This document shows, in pieces, positions 6,726-13,518 of a stretch of DNA of 33,077 nt. Origin of the DNA: Candidatus Rokuibacteriota bacterium (GTDB lineage: Bacteria; Methylomirabilota; Methylomirabilia; Rokubacteriales; CSP1-6); NCBI GenBank assembly GCA_046712525.1, contig JBKKCN010000450.1, positions 1 to 33,077 on the forward strand, read 5' to 3'. Within the stretch, counting starts at the first letter, position 1; every line of letters starts with the position of its first letter. A program made the position numbers and the translations under genes. The notes under the pieces were generated by a model. The model worked only from the letters and a program-made list of their open reading frames with translations. It was not told the DNA's origin and ran no database searches.

Positions 6726-6936
6726 CCGCCACCACGTGAGCCGCTCGGCCGGCGCCGGCGGGCACCCACCCTGTCAGCACACCGACCGTCAAGAGCATCA
6801 CCGCCCGCGGCATCGCGTCTCGACGGCGCTGCCAGCCATCCCGGCCGCCTCACGGCTGGTCGATCCTCTGCAGTGACGTGTGATCGCATCATTCGGATCA
6901 TCGCGTGAGCGAATGGTGTACGCGGCAGACAGCGCG

Positions 6937-7380
6937 TCACCGTGCCGCCTGCACCCGAGGCGACGCGGTCGGCGTGCTCGGGTGCGACCGCAACCAGCCG
7001 TATCCATACGTGCCGACGAGGATGCCGGTGACCGTGAAGATGGCGACGAGCTTGCCCTCGCCGATCTGGACGAGTGAGGTGCCCGGACAGGCGCCGCTCA
7101 ACGCCCAGCCTGTGCCGAGCACCAGCCCGCCCCAGAGGGCACCCAGGCTCCACGGCTTGCGGCCGAGGTCGACCGCGCCGCCGGACACCGTCCGGTTGCC
7201 GGCGCGGCGCAGCAACCACAGGCCCAGAGCGGCCGTCGCGATCGCGGATCCGATGACGCCGAAGAGGTGGAGGTCGGCGAGGCGGAACATGCCGGCGATC
7301 GTGTCGTAGTCCGTCACCCGCCCACGCGACAGCACGAAGCCGAACAGACCGCCGAAGATCGTGAACACGTAGGGCCGCAT
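6937..7380 (-). CDS. YeeE/YedE family sulfur-transport membrane protein (second half-size unit)
   Basis: 147-aa track ORF with the motif GTGWALSGACPGTSLVQIGEG, typical of YeeE/YedE (DUF395). Confidence 0.8.
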   Translation of the reverse strand: MRPYVFTIFGGLFGFVLSRGRVTDYDTIAGMFRLADLHLFGVIGSAIATAALGLWLLRRAGNRTVSGGAVDLGRKPWSLGALWGGLVLGTGWALSGACPGTSLVQIGEGKLVAIFTVTGILVGTYGYGWLRSHPSTPTASPRVQAAR

Positions 7381-7384
7381 GGCG

Positions 7385-7882
7385 TTACCTCCCGAGAAAC
7401 GCGTAGAGCGTGTTGAACACTAAGACGCCGCCCAGCACGAAGCCGATCGTCGCCACCACACTCGATACGGCCCCCTGGGCGATGCCGACGATACTGTGGC
7501 CGCTCGGGCAGCCGCCCGCCCAGCGCGCGCCGGCGCCGATCAGCAGCCCTCCACCGAAGAGCAGGCCGGCCTTAACAGCGAGAGAACCGTGTACCAGCAC
7601 GTCGAGTTGGCCGTAGGCGAGGGTCGGAACGAACGTTCCGGCAAGAACTCCCGCCACCACACCGCCGAGTGGCAGGCCGCATATGAACCACAGGCGCCAG
7701 CGCTCCTGAAACTGTCCGGCCCCGAAGAACGAGAGGCGGGAGGTCGTCGCGCAGATCGCACCATATCCGGTCGAGACGCCGAGGCCTTTGCCGGTGAACC
7801 AGGCGAGCAGGCTCACCACAAGGCCGATGACCGGGCCGGCCACCCACCATGGCCACGCCGTGACGAAGATTGCTTCATACAT
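7385..7882 (-). CDS. YeeE/YedE family sulfur-transport membrane protein (first half-size unit)
   Basis: Track ORF 7385..7999, trimmed to MYEAIFV (ATG 7882), which is preceded by AAGGAG. Motif GAGARWAGGCPSGHSIVGIAQG. Confidence 0.8.
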   Translation of the reverse strand: MYEAIFVTAWPWWVAGPVIGLVVSLLAWFTGKGLGVSTGYGAICATTSRLSFFGAGQFQERWRLWFICGLPLGGVVAGVLAGTFVPTLAYGQLDVLVHGSLAVKAGLLFGGGLLIGAGARWAGGCPSGHSIVGIAQGAVSSVVATIGFVLGGVLVFNTLYAFLGR

Positions 7883-7896
7883 AATCGCTGGCTCCT

Positions 7897-8016
7897 TGGT
7901 TCGGCCGTGGCCTTCCAGGCCACGATGCCGCCGACGAGATCGAGCATCCCGGTCCGGCCCGCCTGCTGGAGCAGGCGCGCGGGTGGCCACGGTGGACATG
8001 CAAGGGCTGCGCGGAC
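7897..8016 (-). pseudogene. possible relic of a rhodanese-domain C-terminus
   Basis: A start-less reading frame, bounded upstream by TGA (8019..8017), translates ...ARLLQQAGRTGMLDLVGGIVAWKATAEP. This resembles the rhodanese C-terminal consensus a..L...Gf..v..L.GGi.aW...g.P. There is no active-site loop and no start codon. Confidence 0.3.
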
Positions 8017-8071
8017 TCAGGTTCGGTGGAGCGTGGGCTGCACGGCGCTGGGCAGCCCGGCCGCCGATGCG

Positions 8072-8394
8072 TTACTTGACCTCGACCGTCCCTGTGTGGC
8101 CGTGCGATTTCACGCCGCCCACGTGCACGGTGTACTCGTATGTACCGGGCTCCGCGAACTTGATCCGGTTGTCGCCCTTGCCGAGGTAGAACTGCGGGCG
8201 TTCTTGCCGAAGGTGATGTGCACGGTGCCGCCGGTGCCATTCACCCAGTACACTTCCTCGCCCGCCTTGATCGAAACCTTGGCCGGCTTGTTCTGCTCGC
8301 GCATCACCGTGACCTTCTCCGCGGCCCACGCACCGCCCACGACCGCGAGTGTGAGCACCCCCGCAACGAGTCCTGTCATCCAACGCTGTCTCAT
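8072..8394 (-). pseudogene. secreted cupredoxin-like small protein with broken reading frame (needs +1 nt)
   Basis: The N-terminal part is in the frame of 8110..8394 (MRQRWMTGLVAGVLTLAVVGGAWA/AEKVTVMREQNKPAKVSIKAGEEVYWVNGTGGTVHITFGKNA). The C-terminal part is in the frame of 8072..8383 (PQFYLGKGDNRIKFAEPGTYEYTVHVGGVKSHGHTGTVEVK). The switch is at a C3 run on the coding strand (8196..8198). Total length is 323 nt, i.e. 108 codons - 1. AAGGAGGGG lies upstream of the ATG. Confidence 0.55.
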
Positions 8395-8437
8395 GACCTG
8401 CCCCTCCTTTTAGAAGTCCCGGGTTATCGGCCCCGGC

Positions 8438-8453
8438 TGCCAGCCCTTAGCCA
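8438..8453 (-). promoter_or_regulatory. sigma-54-type -24/-12 promoter candidate (TGGCTA-agggc-TGGCA)
   Basis: The reverse complement of 8438..8453 reads TGGCTAAGGGCTGGCA with correct GG-N10-GC spacing. The -12 element is ~45 nt upstream of ATG 8394. This is the weakest match of the four candidates. Confidence 0.3.
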
Positions 8454-8481
8454 CAATGACCAGGGCACTGTCTGTGGGCTT

Positions 8482-8889
8482 TCAGCGCTCATAGCAGATG
8501 CCCTCCACGGTGATCCAGCCGCACACCGGTAACCCGTTCCGCGCTGGGTCTTCCGGCACATCCACCACGCCGCGGGCCAGTTCGCGGCCCGTGCCCGCGA
8601 CATGAACGACGAACGGATGGCGGCCGGGGCGATGAAAGACCGCCGAGATCCGTCCCGGGACGTTGACGACGTGGTGCTCTCCTTGGTCGCCGAGGAACTC
8701 GACGTGGATATCGCGGTTCGTCCGGTTCACGAAACGAATCGGCGCGTTGAGACTGACGTGAGCCACCGGCGGTCGCACACCGGTCGCCTCGACAACGATC
8801 TCGGCCACGTCGGCGGCGGATGTCGCGGCGGCAATCGCGAGTAACAACACAAGAGCGGCGCCGCACCAATGTATTGCAAGCCGCCTCAT
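8482..8889 (-). CDS. small secreted beta-rich protein with C-terminal C-x8-C (paralog 1 of 10534..10926)
   Basis: 135-aa track ORF with a signal peptide MRRLAIHWCGAALVLLLAIAAATSA. Shared pattern with the paralog: FVNR....H......G....HHV..V.G.I.A.FHR.GRH......L.G..DV.ED....LP.C...TV.G.C. Its ATG overlaps the protease stop (ATGA). Confidence 0.7.
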   Translation of the reverse strand: MRRLAIHWCGAALVLLLAIAAATSAADVAEIVVEATGVRPPVAHVSLNAPIRFVNRTNRDIHVEFLGDQGEHHVVNVPGRISAVFHRPGRHPFVVHVAGTGRELARGVVDVPEDPARNGLPVCGWITVEGICYER

Positions 8890-10025
8890 CGCTCTTCGCC
8901 CAACACAGCCCGCAGCACGAACGAGCGTCCGGAGCGATGAACCGTGACGTCGACGGTGGCGCCGGTCCGATGCCGCGCGAGCCGCTCATGGAGATCGTGG
9001 AGATTGCGGACGCTTTGTCCCTGAATGGCCGTGACGATATCACCCACGTCCATGCCAGCGATTGCGCCGGGCCCGGCCGCTTCGACCTTTGTCACGAGGG
9101 CCCCGCGCTCGACGGACAGGTTGTTGGCGTAGGCGATCTGGGGCGTGACGCTCACCGCCGACACGGCGAGCGACGGCCGAACGACCCGGCCGTTCGCGAT
9201 GAGCGCAGCAAGCACGGGCTTGACCGTGTCGGCCGCGATCGCGAAGCCGATGCCATGCGCCGACGCAATGATCGCTGTGTTGATGCCAATCACCTCGCCG
9301 GCGCGGTTCAGAAGCGGACCGCCGGAGTTCCCCGGATTGATGGCCGCGTCGGTCTGGATGAGATTGTGGAGAATCGGCAGCCCCGGCTCTTCCATCGAGC
9401 GCCCGAGCGCACTCACGACGCCGGCCGTCACGCTCGGCCCGCCCTCGATCCAGAGCGGACTGCCGATGGCGACGACCGTTTCCCCGACCCGAAGACGTCC
9501 TGAGGCCCCCAGACGCAGCACCGGCAGATCCGCTCCATCCACTTTCAACACGGCGAGATCCGTGAACGGATCCGCACCGACGAGGACGGCCTTGAACACT
9601 CGTTCGTCGGCGAGGGTGACCTTGATGTGCTCGGCGCCCTCCACGACGTGCCAGTTGGTCAGCACGAATCCGCGGCGATCGACGATGAACCCGGACCCGA
9701 GACCACGGGTGGGCACCGGCTGATTGAACTGATCGTGCTCGATCTGGCGGGTGGTGACGCTCACCGTCGCGGCAACGGTCCGCTGCACCATGGCCGGCAC
9801 GTCGTTGCCTGTGACGTGCGAGCGCGCCTGCACTGTCGCCACGCCGCCCATCAGCAGCACGCAGGCCAGAGGGCCGGCGAGTCGCACGCGTGTCACGAGC
9901 GGTGCTCGCCGCAAGCATTGTCGTCCAGTTCGTCGCAAGCCATTCCCACATGTCCTCCATCGCCGCGCGTTCATCGCGCGAGGCGTTGCTGCATCAGAGT
10001 CGTCGTCTCGCCTCGCGCGGTTCAC
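8886..10025 (-). CDS. trypsin-like serine protease, S1C (HtrA/DegP-like) with C-terminal PDZ (copy 1)
   Basis: 379-aa track ORF. Catalytic triad contexts are TNWHVVEG, DLAVLKV and GNSGGPL; the PDZ-like segment is GALVTKVEAAGPGAIAGMDVGDIVTAIQG. The ATG at 10025 overlaps the sigma-factor stop (ATGA). An alternative GTG start at 9896 (VTRVRLAGPLACVLLMGGVATVQA) would give a cleaner signal peptide. Confidence 0.85.
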   Translation of the reverse strand: MNRARRDDDSDAATPRAMNARRWRTCGNGLRRTGRQCLRRAPLVTRVRLAGPLACVLLMGGVATVQARSHVTGNDVPAMVQRTVAATVSVTTRQIEHDQFNQPVPTRGLGSGFIVDRRGFVLTNWHVVEGAEHIKVTLADERVFKAVLVGADPFTDLAVLKVDGADLPVLRLGASGRLRVGETVVAIGSPLWIEGGPSVTAGVVSALGRSMEEPGLPILHNLIQTDAAINPGNSGGPLLNRAGEVIGINTAIIASAHGIGFAIAADTVKPVLAALIANGRVVRPSLAVSAVSVTPQIAYANNLSVERGALVTKVEAAGPGAIAGMDVGDIVTAIQGQSVRNLHDLHERLARHRTGATVDVTVHRSGRSFVLRAVLGEER

Positions 10026-10531
10026 GCTGCACGCCCAGTGCCATAGCCGGCGGGGTACGGAGGACGGGCTAAAAGCGCGATTTGCAGTCTACGGCACCCA
10101 TCGATGCGCTCCGATCTCCAGGTGCTGGGGCGTTGCCGCCCCAGCGGGGGCATCGCTGTCGCACCGGAAAAACTCGTGCTCCCATTCCGCGGCTGTGGCT
10201 TGAGCAATGGAAGGACGTCGTAGAGACAGGCGCACGCGGCGGTGAACAGTTCGTCGTCCGGCGCCTGGTGTGTCGGCTCATCGCGAGTGAATTCCGCGAT
10301 CGTAGTAGCGGCGGTGGTCCTCCGCCGTAGCTGGTCAGTCACCAGATTCCTCAGTACCTGATAGAACCAGGCGACGAGGCTCTCGTCGCTCCTGAGGTCC
10401 TCCATCCGCCGGAGCGCGACGACCAAGCCATGTTGCAAAACGTCCTCCGCGTCGGCGCGGCCGAGCCGGCGCTCCAAGAACACCAGAAACCGTCGACGGC
10501 GCTCGAGCAAGACCTTGAGCCGTTCATCCAT
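10022..10531 (-). CDS. ECF-type sigma-70 family RNA polymerase sigma factor
   Basis: Track ORF 10022..10576, trimmed to MDERLKVLL (ATG 10531, 2 nt after the upstream stop). Region 2 is AEDVLQHGLVVALRR...LVAWFYQVLRNLVTDQLRRR. Region 4 is short and divergent (...LGRQRPSTWRSERIDGCRRLQIALL). Confidence 0.65.
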   Translation of the reverse strand: MDERLKVLLERRRRFLVFLERRLGRADAEDVLQHGLVVALRRMEDLRSDESLVAWFYQVLRNLVTDQLRRRTTAATTIAEFTRDEPTHQAPDDELFTAACACLYDVLPLLKPQPRNGSTSFSGATAMPPLGRQRPSTWRSERIDGCRRLQIALLARPPYPAGYGTGRAA

Positions 10532-10533
10532 GC

Positions 10534-10926
10534 TCACGGCTCGAGGCATGCGCCTATGACGGTGACCGTCGAGCACGTAGGCGGCAACGATCCCGACACC
10601 CTGTCCTCCGTGACGTCAATCACGCCTCGGAGGTGTCCACGGCCTGGATCGTCGAAGTCGACTATGTAGTCATGCCTCCCTAGTCGATGAAAGATCGCCC
10701 AGATTTCGCCCGACACGCGAAAGACGTGGTGTTGCTTGGCATCTCCCACCAGGTCGATGTGCACACTGCGACCCGAACGGTTGACGAAGACCACACGTTG
10801 GTCCGGGAGGACGCGTAGCACGGGCGGATCCACCGTCAGTGCGCTGATCACGACCTCCCTTTCGGCCGCCTCGGCCGCGGCCGAAACGAGGATGACGGAC
10901 AGCAGGATGACCATTGCCTGCGACAT
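10534..10926 (-). CDS. small secreted beta-rich protein with C-terminal C-x8-C (paralog 2)
   Basis: Track ORF 10534..10980, trimmed to MSQAMVILLSVILVSAAAEA (ATG 10926, TGATG overlap with the protease stop). Shares the pattern described for 8482..8889. Confidence 0.7.
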   Translation of the reverse strand: MSQAMVILLSVILVSAAAEAAEREVVISALTVDPPVLRVLPDQRVVFVNRSGRSVHIDLVGDAKQHHVFRVSGEIWAIFHRLGRHDYIVDFDDPGRGHLRGVIDVTEDRVSGSLPPTCSTVTVIGACLEP

Positions 10927-11939
10927 CAGCGAAACTCTGTCAGGGTGACTCGTACGGCAAGAGGCTCTCCGTCTCGCCAAACGGCCAGCGCCACCGTCTG
11001 ACCAACCCTGTGTGTTGAGAGCAGATCGTGGAAGTGGTGGAGATCGGTGACGGGCCGTCCCTCGACGGCGGTGATGACATCGCCGCTCTTGAGGCCGGCG
11101 GACTCCGCAGGCCCATCCGTCTCGGTCCGGATGATCAACGCTCCTCGCTCCATCGGCAGGTCGTTGGCATACGCGACCTGCGGGGTCACGCTTACGGCAT
11201 AGACGCCGATAGATGGCCGGACGACCCGACCGGTTGCGATCAGCGCGCGAAGCACGGGCCGGGCAGTGACCGCCGACACCGCAAAGCCGATGCCGTGGGC
11301 GGACGGGATGAGCGCCGTGTTGACGCCCACCACGCGTCCGTCCAGGTCGAGGAGCGGACCGCCCGAGTTACCCGGGTTGATGGCCGCATCAGTCTGGATG
11401 AGGTTGTGGAGGACGGGCAGGCCTTCCTCCTCCATGGAACGCCCAAGGGCACTCACGATTCCTACCGTGACCGTTGGACCGCCCTCTATCCAGAGTGGGT
11501 TGCCGATCGCGATCACAGTCTCGCCGACCTCGAGCCGGCGCGACTGAGCCAACGCCAGCGTTGGCAAGCGGGCGCCCTGGATCTTGAGCACGGCCAGCTC
11601 CGTGAACCGGTCACTTCCAACGAAGGTCGCCACGAAGCGCCGCCCGTCGGCGAGGGCGACCTTGATCTCGTTGGCGCCCTCGACGACGTGGAGATTCGTG
11701 AGGATGTAGCCGTCCGGGTCGACGATGAATCCAGAACCCAGACCGCGAGTGCGCACGGATTGATTGAACTGGTCTTGCTCGATCCGGCGCGTCGTGATGC
11801 TCACGACCGCGGGCATCGCCTTGCGGACGACGGTCGGGATGACGCGGCGCCCGGTCAAGTCCGAGCGTGCCGCCGCCGGCGGTGGTATCAATGCGACGGC
11901 AACTGCCAGCGCCACAGCCACTTTTCGAAGTGTCGGCAT
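10926..11939 (-). CDS. trypsin-like serine protease, S1C (HtrA/DegP-like) with C-terminal PDZ (copy 2)
   Basis: 337-aa track ORF with a signal peptide MPTLRKVAVALAVAVALIPPPAAA. Triad contexts are TNLHVVEG, ELAVLKI and GNSGGPL. Roughly two-thirds identical by eye to copy 1. Confidence 0.85.
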   Translation of the reverse strand: MPTLRKVAVALAVAVALIPPPAAARSDLTGRRVIPTVVRKAMPAVVSITTRRIEQDQFNQSVRTRGLGSGFIVDPDGYILTNLHVVEGANEIKVALADGRRFVATFVGSDRFTELAVLKIQGARLPTLALAQSRRLEVGETVIAIGNPLWIEGGPTVTVGIVSALGRSMEEEGLPVLHNLIQTDAAINPGNSGGPLLDLDGRVVGVNTALIPSAHGIGFAVSAVTARPVLRALIATGRVVRPSIGVYAVSVTPQVAYANDLPMERGALIIRTETDGPAESAGLKSGDVITAVEGRPVTDLHHFHDLLSTHRVGQTVALAVWRDGEPLAVRVTLTEFR

Positions 11940-11951
11940 GGACCTTTCCCT

Positions 11952-12374
11952 TCACTTGATCCCGTTTGCAGCTTGGACCTCGCGGATGTATCGCGTGATG
12001 GCGGTGACCTCATCTGGTCGCACTTCGGGCTGCGGCGGCATGTCGCCCGCCCGCCAGTGATGAGCCCGGACGCCGCGCTGGACGGCGAGACTGAACGCGA
12101 CGTCGGCGTGATGGGCGGGGCGGTAGATCGGGTGGACAAGCGGCGGCCCGGCGCCGCCGCCTCCTCCGTGCGGGCCGTGGCAGTGTGCGCAACGGCGGTC
12201 ATAGGCCTCGCGACCGGACTGCGCAACCGAAGAGAGGGCGGGAACGGCGACTGGCATGTCGGCAGGCACGCCAGGTCCGCGGCCATCCCACAGCCCCCAG
12301 CCGGCATAGCCCACTATCGTGAAAACGGTAAAGAGGGAGGCTGGAATCATCCATGCCTTCGAACGCCTACTCAC
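11952..12374 (-). CDS. membrane-anchored monoheme c-type cytochrome
   Basis: 140-aa track ORF with an N-terminal TM helix (MIPASLFTVFTIVGYAGWGLW) and one heme motif CAHCH. A distal Met candidate sits in HWRAGDMPP. Confidence 0.75.
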   Translation of the reverse strand: MSRRSKAWMIPASLFTVFTIVGYAGWGLWDGRGPGVPADMPVAVPALSSVAQSGREAYDRRCAHCHGPHGGGGGAGPPLVHPIYRPAHHADVAFSLAVQRGVRAHHWRAGDMPPQPEVRPDEVTAITRYIREVQAANGIK

Positions 12375-13026
12375 TATCCGCCTTCACGGCATCCCGGGGC
12401 GTGCGCGCAAGCTCGACGTACGACGCCGCCAGGTACATTCCAAGAAGCTTGCGGCGGTCTTCGTGCGAAAGCGTGCCCGGCCATTCGTCACGTCCCCATC
12501 GGTCTGCGACGTGGGCGCGCACCGCCGGCCACGATGTGAGCCGGCGGCGGTCGGCCCACGTCGTCCAGGCCCACAGCGCGCGTTTCATGGCCCGGCGATC
12601 AAGCAGGTCGGGACGCCGATTGCGAATCCACGGGGGTAGCCCTTGGAGGAAATCTACGCCGAAACGTCTGCCGTTCCTTCCCATGAATCGCAACAGGAAA
12701 TCTGAGAGCAGCGTTGCGTCCGCCGCCGGCAGCAGGGCCGCCACAGCAACAGGGCCTCGCCGCGGCATGCTGGCGCAGACCAAGCCACCGCTGTCTCCGA
12801 TCCAGAGCATGCCGAGCGCGGCGGCCCCCCCCGGGGGCGACGTCCGTACGCCGAAGTCGAACAGCGGCTCTATCCGCTCGGTGGCCAGGCGCCGGGCGGC
12901 GGCGGCGCCGAGAGCGTCCGGAAGATCGATCGGCGCGTGAGGGCGAAAGATCGCCCCGTCGCTGGCTGTCGGTACCGGCCGCCCGAACGCCGCGACAATG
13001 TGACGAAAGCGAGACTCCAGGCTCAT
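12367..13026 (-). CDS. hypothetical protein, no signal peptide (219 aa)
   Basis: Track ORF, Trp/Arg-rich, with no motif I recognise. The case for it being coding rests on its length, its strand and its ATGA coupling with the upstream small ORF. Confidence 0.5.
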   Translation of the reverse strand: MSLESRFRHIVAAFGRPVPTASDGAIFRPHAPIDLPDALGAAAARRLATERIEPLFDFGVRTSPPGGAAALGMLWIGDSGGLVCASMPRRGPVAVAALLPAADATLLSDFLLRFMGRNGRRFGVDFLQGLPPWIRNRRPDLLDRRAMKRALWAWTTWADRRRLTSWPAVRAHVADRWGRDEWPGTLSHEDRRKLLGMYLAASYVELARTPRDAVKADSE

Positions 13027-13164
13027 CGTTCGCTCCTCGATGACGACTCTTTCTTCGGTTCGTGGTGGGCCCGGGCGCGGTGATACGGGCCCGAGGACGC
13101 GCCGCCTGTGACATCAGCACGCTGGCACCTCGCGACGCGGCGCCAGTCGCCGACGAAGGATCGA

Positions 13165-13518
13165 TCAGCCGCGGGGAGGAGCGCGTGGGGCGTGCGGCCG
13201 AACGGACAGCGGGGCAACGGCGATCACGATAGGCGGCGCATCCGGCGTCCCACAATGCATCACGACCGTCGTATCCGGGATGGACGGCGTCACTGCGGCA
13301 GATATACGGTCGGGAAACGGTAGGCGCTCGGCGCCGGACTTGATGCTGACAGGCTCGACGTCGCAGGGGTCTGTCTGGGCGCCAGCATCAGCCGGGTGCG
13401 CCTCGACGCCGACGCACGACCCGAGCGCAACCGCGAGCAGGCTCAGGCCGACACACAGCAGACTCCCATGTCCGCTGAGGACCCGAAGGGGAAACCAGCC
13501 CGCCCGTTCAAAACCCAA
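13165..13518 (-). CDS. putative lipoprotein (117 aa); may continue into ORF 13023..13217 across a frame break
   Basis: Track ORF with a lipobox-like signal SLLCVGLSLLAVALGSC. The overlapping ORF 13023..13217 ends in an ATGA overlap with the next gene. The two frames would join if the C4 run (13211..13214) lost one nt. Confidence 0.4.
   Translation of the reverse strand: MGFERAGWFPLRVLSGHGSLLCVGLSLLAVALGSCVGVEAHPADAGAQTDPCDVEPVSIKSGAERLPFPDRISAAVTPSIPDTTVVMHCGTPDAPPIVIAVAPLSVRPHAPRAPPRG

Noticed and set aside
6163-6813. 216-aa minus-strand ORF
   Set aside because: Most of it overlaps the CBS-BON gene in another frame and is Arg/Gly/Ala low complexity. Only its last 18 codons (the USP-like mini-ORF) were kept, as an observation.
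8072-10926. Calling the three small secreted beta-rich proteins blue-copper proteins (rusticyanin/plastocyanin analogues)
   Set aside because: The Cys and Met ligands of the type-1 site are absent at the expected C-terminal positions. Only the strand pattern is cupredoxin-like, so the call is kept at 'cupredoxin-like/unknown'.
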